NCBI GenBank assembly: GCA_963422735.1
Contig: OY730476.1
Span: 4,000,880 to 4,064,879, forward strand
From: Candidatus Latescibacterota bacterium
Lineage (GTDB): Bacteria; Latescibacterota; UBA2968; UBA8231
Direction: 5' to 3'
DNA length: 64,000 nucleotides
Below are positions 1 to 8,567 of the stretch, piece by piece. A model generated the notes under the pieces. The model was not told where the DNA came from and ran no database searches. It saw nothing but the letters and a program-made list of their open reading frames with translations. Within the stretch, counting starts at the first letter, position 1; each line of letters starts with the position of its first letter. The translations under genes and the position numbers were made by a program.

Positions 1-934
1 ACACCGAGATCGGAGAGCAAGTGCCGAATGCGCGGGGATAGCTCAATAGCACTCTTGTCGGGCGAAGTGGGCACGTGGATGAACCGCTCCGGGTCATCGG
101 GGAATACGATCTGATCGAAGGAGTGCTCATGGGTGGCAAAATCGGTGAAGGTGGCATCGGTTGATGTGGATACCGTTACCTCTCCCTGCCGGCCGCCGCG
201 TTCCAGTAGGATAATGATGCTCTCCTGTAGCACATTGTCGTCCTTGAAAGCCTCGCTGCGCGACTCGAATAGGTGCAGGTGGCGGAGTGCAGATCGTTGC
301 CGCACAAAGTCGCGGAAAGGCCGGTAATACGGCCCATTGCAGAAGCTACGCGGGATAATTGCTACAAGTTGCCCGTGGTTATCGAGCAATGATAGCGACA
401 AGGCTACAAAGGCGGTGTACAGATTGACCGTTTCAATGCCAGCTCGTCTCAATACTGCCCGATGCTTTGAGTCGGTGCGAATCTTCTTGTAAGGGGGATT
501 GAGGATGGCGTGGGTATATTTTGGCAGTTCTTCAGCGAAGATGCTTCCAGAAAGCCATTCAGCAGCAGCCTGTATAAAATCAGTGCTTCGAATCGTCGCG
601 GTAAGACCTGGGTACTTCCCGTATTGTTCCAAGGTCTGAGTCAGAGATGGGCGCAGTAGTGCATCAATCTCGAAAGCATCAATTTCAACACTCATAAAGT
701 GAAAATCACCGGAGACCCATCTATCTATCTATCTAGAAAGGCCGCAGAGAGAGAACCGCGCCCGGCGCCCGCATCGAGCAGACGGCATCTGGCACTCATC
801 CTTTGAGCAAATAGCTTTGCCATAAATCTAGCAATCTCGGCAGGCGTGAAAAACTGTCCTAACCGCGACTTTCTCTTTGGGTCAGCGGCGGTCTCTGGTA
901 CACTCAGTTTTGAGTGTTTAACTTTTGCAAGCAC
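1..934 (-). pseudogene. N6-adenine DNA methyltransferase (gamma-class, Eco57I/TaqI-like); C-terminus lies beyond window start; frame broken inside a tetranucleotide repeat
   Basis: ORF 725-934 = ...GQFFTPAEIARFMAKLF...RLLDAGAGRGSLSAAFLDR (FxTP plus SAM-binding motif I). My translation of the minus strand of 1-712 in a different frame continues WVSGDFHFMSVEIDAFEID...KYTHAILNPPYKKIRTDSKHRAVLRRAGIETVNLYTAF...GQLVAIIPRSFCNGPYY (NPPY motif IV). That frame has no stop down to position 1. A TAG inside the repeat at 719-735 ends the first frame. Confidence 0.8.
719..735. repeat. (ATCT)4 tetranucleotide repeat, (AGAT/TAGA)4 on the coding strand, inside the methyltransferase gene
   Basis: Plus strand reads atct atct atct atct a. 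Confidence 0.95.
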
Positions 935-960
935 CAGTGCATCTCCTAAGATGCGCCAAC

Positions 961-1815
961 TTATGAGGCCGGCGCTGCGAACAAGGCCAACCAGTCGTCC
1001 AAGTTTTGGGCGACTGATTCGGGCCGGGCTTGGCTGCGGGCGATAAAGCCGGGGACGCCATCGCGGCCACTGGGCTGAGCCGGGTCGCTGTAGCGCAGGT
1101 CGAGGCTCCAGCGGATGTGATCGGAGTGGTTGGGGATGGAGCGGTGAATGGTCTTGTGCTGGATGAGCAGCACGCCGCCGACTTTGACCGGGCAGCTAAC
1201 TTGCTCGCCAAGGGGCAGGTACTGATCGGTGATGCCTTTGAAATTGGCACTAGGGCCTAAGCCGTGCTCGTGGCCGATGAGCGGGGCGCGGTGGCTGCCG
1301 GCAATGACTTCCATGCAGCCGTTTTCAGGGGTGGCATCGACCAAGGGGATCCAAAAATTGACCATAAAGGTCTCTTCGGCGTCGGGCTGCAAATAGCCCA
1401 GGTCTTGGTGCCAAGGAACCACGGTGGCGTCTTGGTTGGGCAATTTGGCGCGCAGGTTGAATTGCGGGTGGGCCAATATTTCGGGGCCGAGCGCGGATTC
1501 GACAATATCGAGCAGCGCCGATTGGGTCAAAATGGCGAACATGCCCTCGGTTTTGAACTTGCCGTTGACTTGGCGCAACAGCGGGGTGGGGTCAGCCAAC
1601 TGGGCATGGATGTGGACTAGGCGCTTGGCAAAGGGCAGGTCCGCGTGCAGCTCGGACAGTTCGCCAGCAGCGTGGGCCTGCTGGGCAGCGGTATCGACAA
1701 TGGCGTTGATTTCGGCGATGAGGCCGGAGAAGACAGCGGGGTTGAGGACGTCCTCGACGAGGAGGTAGCCTTGGGTGCGGTAGAAGTCGAGTTGGTCGGG
1801 AGTAAGGCCGCTCAT
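961..1815 (-). CDS. phytanoyl-CoA dioxygenase (PhyH) family Fe(II)/2OG oxygenase
   Basis: ORF 961-1992 trimmed to ATG at 1815 (MSGLTPDQLDFYRTQGYLLVEDVL...). It shows a PhyH-like pattern (VVPWHQDLGY ... KTIHRSIPN). The 59 upstream codons are Arg/Pro-rich and overlap the neighbouring ORF. Confidence 0.8.
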   Translation of the reverse strand: MSGLTPDQLDFYRTQGYLLVEDVLNPAVFSGLIAEINAIVDTAAQQAHAAGELSELHADLPFAKRLVHIHAQLADPTPLLRQVNGKFKTEGMFAILTQSALLDIVESALGPEILAHPQFNLRAKLPNQDATVVPWHQDLGYLQPDAEETFMVNFWIPLVDATPENGCMEVIAGSHRAPLIGHEHGLGPSANFKGITDQYLPLGEQVSCPVKVGGVLLIQHKTIHRSIPNHSDHIRWSLDLRYSDPAQPSGRDGVPGFIARSQARPESVAQNLDDWLALFAAPAS

Positions 1816-1901
1816 AGGGGTCGTCCTTTTGTTGGGGGCTAGTTGGGGTTTGGCTATTGCCTTCGCTCTGGCCATCGCCCTGGGCCGGAGGATCACCGTC
1901 G

Positions 1902-2203
1902 CTATTCCACCGCGATGTCCGCAACGCTTTTCTGACCGGGCTTGACATGCACGGGGCACGTGGCACCTCCCGGCTTGCCTCTGTTCCGGCATTTGCCAGC
2001 CGCTCTTCCAACAAAAGGGGCGGCAGCAGCACGAGGCAGGCGATGGGCTTCCCCCTCGAAGTTACGAAGACCGTCTCTCCCCGCTGGACTTGCCGAAAGT
2101 AGCGCGACAACCTGCTCTTCAGGTCGCGTGCGGATGCGTTTATTGCGATCTCCTTGTAACTACATTTTGAGCTAAGGGTAGCCGCATTGGATTCTCGCGG
2201 CAA
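1902..2203 (-). CDS. possible orphan Phd/YefM-like antitoxin (start and C-terminus unclear, may be a remnant)
   Basis: ORF 1592-2203 N-terminal part: ...EIAINASARDLKSRLSRYFRQVQRGETVFVTSRGKPIACLV, which fits the Phd/YefM pattern. Only a TTG start is available. The rest of that ORF overlaps the PhyH gene and looks non-coding. An alternative frame ends at 1902. No toxin gene follows. Confidence 0.3.
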
Positions 2204-2326
2204 GCCCGGCGATCACTCGCCCGTAGCCAAGCCCACACTACCCAAGCCCATTCTTGACATTGTTCAATCGGCCGGGGAACTTGAATTCCAAGTTGATCCC
2301 TTTGACATTCTCGACTAGGAAAGACG

Positions 2327-4852
2327 ATGCATAGATATGCCGCGGTGCTGGCTGCCGCTCTCCTCATCTCCAAGGCAGCCGCAGCCGGAGCCGATGAACA
2401 ACCCTCCCGTACCGACACCAGCGAGGCCCAGATGCAGTTTTGGATGGCGCACCCCCAGCGCACCGCCCGCGCCGTGCGGGCTGAGGTGCCGCCGCGTCTC
2501 GACGGCGTCATCGACGACGAAATCTGGCTGCGCGCCCCTCTGCACGAGGGGTTCACGCAGAACGACCCGGACAACGGCGAGCCTTCGACGCAACGCACCA
2601 CCTTTCAGGTGGCCTACGACGACGATGCGCTCTACATCGCCGGCATCTGCTACGACACCCGCCCCGACAGCATCACCGCGCGTCTGGCGCGGCGCGACGA
2701 ATGGCGTGAGCGCGACCTGCTCGAGATCAACCTCGACCCCCACCACGACCATCAGACGGGCGTGTACTTCACCGTGGGTCCCTCCGGCTGGATCGAGGAC
2801 GGGATCATCTACAACGACGACGACTTCGACGATAGCTGGGACAGCGTGGCCGAGGTAAAGACGGCTCGACGCGCTGACGGCTGGAGCCTAGAGCTGAAGA
2901 TCCCTTACCACGTCCTGCGCTTCGGCGAAAAGGAGAGCTACACTTGGGGGATCAACGTCTCTCGCAAGATCTCCCGCCGCGCCGAGTGGTCGCAGTGGAG
3001 CTTTACCCCCCGAGGAGTTAGTGGCTACGTCTCTCGCTTCGGTCATCTCGAGGGGATCGAAGGCATCCGGCCGCAGCGCAGCCTCGAGATATTTCCCTTC
3101 GCCTTGGGCCGCAGCACCCTATCGACAGGGGACGGCGGCAGCGAGCACGACCTGTTCTCCTCGACCGGCCTCGACTTGCGCTACGGCCTGTCGTCGAATA
3201 TCTCCCTCAACGCCACCATCAACCCGGACTTCGGCCAGATCGAGGCCGATCCGGCCGTGCTCAATCTGGGTGTTTTCGAGACCTTTTTCCGCGAGCGCCG
3301 ACCCTTCTTTCTGGAGGGTATCCAGATATTCGAGTCGCCAGAGCCGAACATCGTCGGGATCCGCCGGCCCTCGCGCCTGTTCCACTCGCGGCGCATTGGC
3401 CGCCCGCCTTCGCGCTTTGACCTGCCCGAAGACAGCGAGGAGGTGGACCGTCCCCACAACACCACGATCCTCGGTGCCGTTAAGGTCTCGGGAAAGACCG
3501 CGAAACGCACGGCCTTTGGCCTGCTCAACGCCGTCACCGGCCGGGAGGAAGCACTCATTGACCAGCGCATTGTTAGCACCGAGACAGGCCGCGTTGATAC
3601 GGTGCGCCGCGATGTCGAGATTGAGCCGATCACCAACTACTTTATCGGTCGCGTACAACAGGATCTGCTCACCAACTCCACCGCCGGAGCCCAGCTCACC
3701 GCGGTCAACGGCCGCGGCTTGGACCCAGCCTACGTCGGCGCTGGAGACCTGCACGTGAAGTGGTGGGAGAACGCCTACCGCCTCTATAGCCGGCTCGCCG
3801 TCAGCCGCGCTGGGCAGGAGGAGGAGCGCGGCACTGGCTGGGAGGGTGCGCTCTACTTTCAGAAGACGGGCGGTGCCTTCGGCGGCCAAGCGTACGTGGA
3901 CGCGCAATCGCCCGAATTCCAAGCCAACGACCTAGGCTTCATGCGGCGCAACGACCGCATCCAAGCCGGTGCCCACATCTATCACGAGAAGCTCGACCCC
4001 TATTGGTTCGCCCGCCGCTCCGGGTTTAACCTCAATGTCTGGAACCACTGGAACTTCGCCGGTGAGAGGCTGTCCGAGGGCGTCAACTTCAACACCTGGC
4101 ACAACCTGCACAATTACTGGGGATTCTGGATGGGCCTCAGCCACAACTTCGCTGCCTTCGACGACCTAGCCACTCGCGGCGGACCGCTGATGCGCTCGCC
4201 CGCCCACACTTGGTTTGGCATGGACGTGTGGACCGACGACCGCAAGCCCATCAGTGCCTGGCTCGGCTGGAACGTCAGCGGGAGCCGGGGGGGCGACAAC
4301 CTCGGATCTTGGGTCGGCTTTGAGATCGAGCTGCGGCCCGTCTCCCAGCTCGAGTTGGAAATTGAGCCGGGCTACAACTTCAACCGCAACTTCGCCCAGT
4401 GGGTGGATAACGAGGACGAGGATGGCGACGGCGAGGACGACCGCTTCATCTTCGGCGAGCTTGAAAGCCGCGTCTTCGAGCTCGGCGTGCGCGGCACCTG
4501 GGCTTTCACCCCTAGCCTGAGCCTGCAGCTATTCGCGCAGCCCTTCGTGACAACCGGCGACTACGGTGCTATCAAGGAATTGGCGCGCCCGCGGTCCTAC
4601 GAGTTTTCTCCCTACGCCGGCCTTGAGGAAAACCCCGACTTCCGCCGCCGCGCACTGCGCTCCAACGTAGTGCTGCGCTGGGAGTACCGGCCCGGCAGTA
4701 CGCTCTTCGTCGTCTGGCAGCAGAGCCGGGACCGCGCCTTCGACGACGTTCGCGACCCCAAGTTCCGCCCGGCCGGCGACTTGGGCCGCGCCTTCGCCGA
4801 TGATGGCGACAATATCTTTTTAATCAAGCTCAACCGCTGGTTCGGGCTGTAG
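2327..4852 (+). CDS. secreted DUF5916 / carbohydrate-binding family 9-like protein
   Basis: 841-aa ORF with a signal-like N-terminus (MHRYAAVLAAALLISKAAAAGA). CBM9-like block: PPRLDGVIDDEIW...GFTQNDPDNGEPSTQRTTFQVAYDDDALYI. Long beta-rich C-terminal part. Clear paralogue of 38530-41013. Confidence 0.75.
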   Translation: MHRYAAVLAAALLISKAAAAGADEQPSRTDTSEAQMQFWMAHPQRTARAVRAEVPPRLDGVIDDEIWLRAPLHEGFTQNDPDNGEPSTQRTTFQVAYDDDALYIAGICYDTRPDSITARLARRDEWRERDLLEINLDPHHDHQTGVYFTVGPSGWIEDGIIYNDDDFDDSWDSVAEVKTARRADGWSLELKIPYHVLRFGEKESYTWGINVSRKISRRAEWSQWSFTPRGVSGYVSRFGHLEGIEGIRPQRSLEIFPFALGRSTLSTGDGGSEHDLFSSTGLDLRYGLSSNISLNATINPDFGQIEADPAVLNLGVFETFFRERRPFFLEGIQIFESPEPNIVGIRRPSRLFHSRRIGRPPSRFDLPEDSEEVDRPHNTTILGAVKVSGKTAKRTAFGLLNAVTGREEALIDQRIVSTETGRVDTVRRDVEIEPITNYFIGRVQQDLLTNSTAGAQLTAVNGRGLDPAYVGAGDLHVKWWENAYRLYSRLAVSRAGQEEERGTGWEGALYFQKTGGAFGGQAYVDAQSPEFQANDLGFMRRNDRIQAGAHIYHEKLDPYWFARRSGFNLNVWNHWNFAGERLSEGVNFNTWHNLHNYWGFWMGLSHNFAAFDDLATRGGPLMRSPAHTWFGMDVWTDDRKPISAWLGWNVSGSRGGDNLGSWVGFEIELRPVSQLELEIEPGYNFNRNFAQWVDNEDEDGDGEDDRFIFGELESRVFELGVRGTWAFTPSLSLQLFAQPFVTTGDYGAIKELARPRSYEFSPYAGLEENPDFRRRALRSNVVLRWEYRPGSTLFVVWQQSRDRAFDDVRDPKFRPAGDLGRAFADDGDNIFLIKLNRWFGL

Positions 4853-4984
4853 GAGCGGAAGGTGGTCAGATTATGGCAGGGGAACGAAGCGAGGTTGGGC
4901 GATGTACACCTTTCCTCATACGCACGAATAATAATCTGCTGGCCCCATAGCGCGTGTTCTGACGACTGACTCCAACTAAATTTT

Positions 4985-5027
4985 AAAACCCGTCGCGAAC
5001 GCGCATCGCGGCAGGTTTTCTGTTTTT
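4985..5027 (+). terminator. hairpin plus T-run downstream of the DUF5916 gene (possible intrinsic terminator)
   Basis: aaaacccgtcgcg-aacgcgcat-cgcggcaggtttt, about 12 bp with one mismatch and one G-U, followed by ctgttttt. Confidence 0.45.
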
Positions 5028-5040
5028 AGGAGCTATTGCA

Positions 5041-5133
5041 ATGACATTCCGACACAAGCACACGGCACGCACCTTTTCGCATAACGACAATGACAATAAT
5101 CCCGCCATGCAGACTCGATGGCGTTGGCCGTGA
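5041..5133 (+). CDS. candidate aspS leader peptide (30 aa) with an Asn/Asp codon run
   Basis: AGGAG at 5028-5032 lies 8 nt before the ATG at 5041. Peptide: MTFRHKHTARTFSHNDNDNNPAMQTRWRWP. Codons 15-20 are AAC GAC AAT GAC AAT AAT. Too short to appear in the ORF track; read by hand. Confidence 0.55.
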   Translation: MTFRHKHTARTFSHNDNDNNPAMQTRWRWP

Positions 5134-5154
5134 TCGGATTCTACCTTCACCCCA

Positions 5155-5192
5155 ACCCGCTGTCGCGCCTCGCGCCGATGGCGGGTTTTTTT
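5155..5192 (+). terminator. strong intrinsic terminator 30 nt upstream of the aspS start (candidate attenuator)
   Basis: 5155-5168 pairs with 5172-5186 (acccgctgtcgcgc / gcgccgatggcgggt; about 14 bp including two G-U pairs and one bulged C; 3-nt loop). It is followed by seven T (5186-5192). Confidence 0.7.
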
Positions 5193-5221
5193 ATGTCCAT
5201 CTGACAACCTAGAGGCTACCC

Positions 5222-6982
5222 ATGCACCGCTATCGCACCCATACCTGTGGCGAACTCCGCAAGCACCACGCCGGCCAAACCATTCGCCTGAGCGGCTGGA
5301 TCCACGGCCGCAGGGACCACGGAGGCATATTGTTCCTCGACCTGCGCGATCACTACGGCATTACCCAGCTCGTGATCTCGCCGGAGAATGACGCTGTGGC
5401 AACCGCAGCAAAGGTCCTCCGCGAGTCCGTAGTCCGCGTCGTAGGCAACGTGTGCGCCCGGTCGCCTGCGACCATCAATAGCGCGATGGAGACTGGAGAG
5501 GTGGAAATCGCCGTCCGCGAGCTAGAAGTGCTCTCGCCAGCCGCGCCGCTCCCTTTTTCCGTGGCGGAAGACTCCGAAGTAGGGGAAAGCACCCGGTTGT
5601 CCTATCGCTTCCTGGACCTGCGCCGGGCCGGGCTGCACCGCCGCATTCAGCTCCGCTCGGAAGTGATCGCCAGCATCAGACGGCGCATGACAAAGATGGG
5701 CTTTGCCGAGTTCCAGACGCCTATTCTCACCAGCAGCTCGCCCGAGGGTGCGCGAGATTACCTCGTGCCGAGTCGGTTATATCCCGGCCGGTTCTACGCG
5801 CTGCCACAGGCACCGCAGCAGTTCAAGCAGTTGCTGATGGTGTCCGGCTTCGATCGCTACTTCCAGATCGCGCCCTGCTTTCGCGACGAAGACGCCCGCG
5901 CCGACCGCTCCCCCGGCGAATTCTATCAACTCGATCTCGAAATGGCCTTCGTCGAGCAGGAGGATGTATTGGCTGTGGTCGAGGAGCTCTTTTTCGGTCT
6001 CTTTCGAGAATTCACCGATTGGGAAGTGCCCACGCCGCCGTTCCCGCGTCTTTCCCACGCCGCCGCCATGCTGCGGTTCGGTACAGACAAACCAGACCTA
6101 CGCTTCGGGCTCGAAATCCAGGACCTCTCCGAGATCTTTGCAGGCTCCTCGTTTAGGCTGTTCAGAGACATCGTCGCAGCAGGAGAGGTCGTCCGCGCCC
6201 TGTGCGTTCCCGGACTGGAGGGGCAGCCGCGCTCGTTTTTCGACAGCCTCGAAGCGTTCGTCAAAGAAGCAGGCGGCAAGGGGCTGGCGCACCTCATCAA
6301 CGGAGCGCAGGCCACAGGCTCAATCGCCGCAGCTCTAGAACAGAGCGTGCGTAGCCGCATTATCGAGGAATGTGCAGCCGCTCCGGGATCAGCCATTTTC
6401 TTCATCGCCGGACCACCAGCCGAGGCAGCGGCCCTAGCGGGACGGTTGCGCCTGCATCTGGCAGACCGGCTCGATTTGCGTCGCGAGGGTTGCTATGAAT
6501 TCTGCTGGGTCGTCGATTTTCCCATGTACGAATGGGACGCGGAACGCGCTTGTGCCGCCTTTTCGCACAACCCGTTCTCCATGCCGCAGGGGGGCATGAC
6601 TGCTCTGGAAGGCCAGCCGCCGCTGGATATCAAGGCGTATCAGTACGACATCGTCTGCAATGGCCTCGAACTGTCGAGCGGTGCCATCCGCAATCACAGA
6701 CCGGACATCATGTACAAGGCGTTTGAGATTGCCGGGCACTCGCGCCGGGAAGTGGATCGCAGGTTCGGGGGCATGATCCGCGCCTTTCGCTACGGCACTC
6801 CGCCCCATGGCGGCATCGCGCCTGGCATCGACCGCATCGTCATGCTGCTAGCGGACGAACCGAACATACGAGAAGTCATCGCCTTCCCGATGAACCAAAA
6901 TGCGCAAGATCCGCTCATGGGCGCGCCGGGCGAGGTGTCGCCTGAGCAGTTGCGGGAGCTACACATCGCAATCCGGGAGTGA
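5222..6982 (+). CDS. aspS: aspartate--tRNA ligase (bacterial type)
   Basis: 586 aa: MHRYRTHTCGELR...GWIHGRRDHGGILFLDLRDHYGITQLV; class II motifs FQIAPCFRDEDARADRSPGEFYQLDLEMAF and GIDRIVMLL. Confidence 0.97.
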   Translation: MHRYRTHTCGELRKHHAGQTIRLSGWIHGRRDHGGILFLDLRDHYGITQLVISPENDAVATAAKVLRESVVRVVGNVCARSPATINSAMETGEVEIAVRELEVLSPAAPLPFSVAEDSEVGESTRLSYRFLDLRRAGLHRRIQLRSEVIASIRRRMTKMGFAEFQTPILTSSSPEGARDYLVPSRLYPGRFYALPQAPQQFKQLLMVSGFDRYFQIAPCFRDEDARADRSPGEFYQLDLEMAFVEQEDVLAVVEELFFGLFREFTDWEVPTPPFPRLSHAAAMLRFGTDKPDLRFGLEIQDLSEIFAGSSFRLFRDIVAAGEVVRALCVPGLEGQPRSFFDSLEAFVKEAGGKGLAHLINGAQATGSIAAALEQSVRSRIIEECAAAPGSAIFFIAGPPAEAAALAGRLRLHLADRLDLRREGCYEFCWVVDFPMYEWDAERACAAFSHNPFSMPQGGMTALEGQPPLDIKAYQYDIVCNGLELSSGAIRNHRPDIMYKAFEIAGHSRREVDRRFGGMIRAFRYGTPPHGGIAPGIDRIVMLLADEPNIREVIAFPMNQNAQDPLMGAPGEVSPEQLRELHIAIRE

Positions 6983-7069
6983 AAGACGCTTTCGGGTGCT
7001 TTGGTGCGACCACTTTACTTCCTCGCGGTGATCCGCGGCGCTTTCTGGCCATTTTTATCAAGAGGGTTC

Positions 7070-7098
7070 TTGACGCTTTGGGTTCACAATTCTATAGA
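7070..7098 (+). promoter_or_regulatory. sigma70-like promoter for the RHH-doc module
   Basis: TTGACG (7070-7075), 17-nt spacer, TATAGA (7093-7098), about 27 nt before the antitoxin ATG. Confidence 0.4.
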
Positions 7099-7124
7099 TG
7101 GAATGCTACGAAAGGGGAGTATAT

Positions 7125-7343
7125 ATGATGGCTGTGCTACGAGAGAAATTCTCCACGGAGTTGCTGGCCGCAGTGCGCGAAATTGCCCGCAAGGAAGGTC
7201 GTCATTTCCAAGCAGTGCTGGAAGAGGCTATGCGAGAATACATTGAAAACCGCGCTCAGGGAAAGCCCCGGGCTTTGGTTATGGCTCATTTCCAAACCAG
7301 TGTCGAGAAAAATCGTCGCCTAGGCAAAATGCTGGCCAAATGA
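7125..7343 (+). CDS. ribbon-helix-helix (CopG-like) antitoxin, partner of Doc
   Basis: AGGGGAG SD then ATGATG. Sequence: MMAVLREKFSTELLAAVREIARKEGRHFQAVLEEAMREYIENRAQ... The stop overlaps the doc ATG (ATGA). Confidence 0.65.
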   Translation: MMAVLREKFSTELLAAVREIARKEGRHFQAVLEEAMREYIENRAQGKPRALVMAHFQTSVEKNRRLGKMLAK

Positions 7344-7824
7344 CCCATGACTGCCCAACCATCGAGGAAGTCGTCGCCATGCACCACGCCCTGATTAGTG
7401 CTTTGGCGGCTCACTAGGCATCCGCGATGAAGGTGCCCTCGCCTCCGCACTCAGGCACCCCCAGCTTGGATACTACGACGGGCTCATTCAAGAAGCGGCT
7501 GCCCTTATGGAGAGCCTAGCCAACAATCATGCATTCGTGGACGGGAATAAGCGGGTCGCCTTTTTCGTCACCGACACCTTTCTGCGCATGGACGGCCGCT
7601 TCATCAACTGCGACAACGATGAGGCATACGCCTTCTTCATGCGTTCGTTCCGATTCACCGAATTGAAAAGGTCGAACCCCTCTCGGGGTCTTGACAGCCT
7701 ACGGACAGGAGCGCGGATAAGCCATTTTCCCACACCCATAAAAAAGTCGCTGAACTATTGCGACTGTTCTACTTCCCAAACGCGGCATTGGCGTCGTAAG
7801 GGCCCGTCAGAAGCTCCCTACTGA
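7340..7824 (+). pseudogene. doc: death-on-curing (Doc/Fic) family toxin, frameshifted
   Basis: Frame 1 from ATG 7340: MTHDCPTIEEVVAMHHALISALAAH*. Another frame continues FGGSLGIRDEGALASALRHPQLGYYDGLIQEAAALMESLANNHAFVDGNKRVAFFVTDTFLRMDGRFI (Fic/Doc motif HxFxDGNKR). The frames switch near 7397-7404. The C-terminal tail is atypically long. Confidence 0.7.
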
Positions 7825-8486
7825 GCACCCGACAATCCGCTGTCCTGAAATATGAGTTTTATGTCGTCGTATGAGAGAATCGTCTTCGCGCCGAGTTGCA
7901 CCCTCGTCAGCGGGTTGCCCTTTAATTGCACGATCTCCTCGATAGACATGCCCAGCATGAGCTCTATCGTCTTTTCCGCGAGCTTTCAGCAAAGGCAAAG
8001 GCAAACATCTCCACCACGGTGGCCGGGTTGTACGCATCGGGATGCTTGTTGAATTTGAAGCGAACTTTTGTCTTGGAGCCGCCGGTTTCCTTGAGGTGAA
8101 TCTCCATTTCGTCTTCTTCCACCTTGGATTTTTCAATCGTTACCTTGGTCCCTCGTTTGTAGTGGCGAATGGATACGTCTTCCATATTGGCAGCTTCCAA
8201 CCGCGCTTCTTCGGCAAAATCTTCCGCATCAGAAGACTGTATCTGTCTCGTACCGCCTAATGTCCCTCGATAAGAGACTTCTAGACCCGGGAGTATATTG
8301 GTAGCATCGGTACCACCAATCAGATGCTTGATGCTAACCACGCCAATCTTGAGGTAGAAATCCTTGCCCTTGACGGATTTGCAGAATGCTACGATGGCGG
8401 GCCTATCCGTTTGGGCTTCTGTCGCCACCGGGGCGGCCCCCCACGACGAGCAAGGCGATCACCAGCATGGGCATTAGTAATCTCAT
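7818..8486 (-). pseudogene. secreted protein of unknown function, split over three frames
   Basis: AAGGAG SD then ATG at 8486 gives the signal peptide MRLLMPMLVIALLVVGG, which stops after 27 codons. ORF 7964-8428 is in a second frame. A third frame gives KLAEKTIELMLGMSIEEIVQLKGNPLTRVQLGAKTILSYDDIKLIFQDSGLSGAQ* (stop 7818-7820). Breaks lie at the C6 run 8437-8442 and near 7981-7990. Confidence 0.6.
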
Positions 8487-8567
8487 GTTCCATCTCCTTC
8501 ATAAGTGTTGCCGCTTTCTTGCGGCGGTTAGTAAACGACAGGGGCTTCACGCCCCCATTCCAATCAT

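Noticed and set aside
133-327. Small plus-strand ORFs inside the methyltransferase region (133-327, 846-1046)
   Set aside because: They lie antisense to a region with clear methyltransferase motifs, and their composition is not coding-like.
3119-3922. Long antisense or alternative-frame ORFs inside high-GC genes (also 8710-9342, 21070-21651, 22102-22659, 28329-29045, 36434-37027, 43705-44322, 49672-50277, 54861-55718)
   Set aside because: They are Arg/Pro/Ala/Gly-rich with no motifs, and each is fully nested in a gene with clear family signatures. This is the expected stop-codon-poor artefact of GC-rich DNA.
5030-5221. T-box riboswitch upstream of aspS
   Set aside because: I could not find the conserved T-box sequence (..GGGUGGUACCGCG-like) or a specifier-loop architecture. 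The short SD-preceded ORF with an N/D run explains the terminator better.
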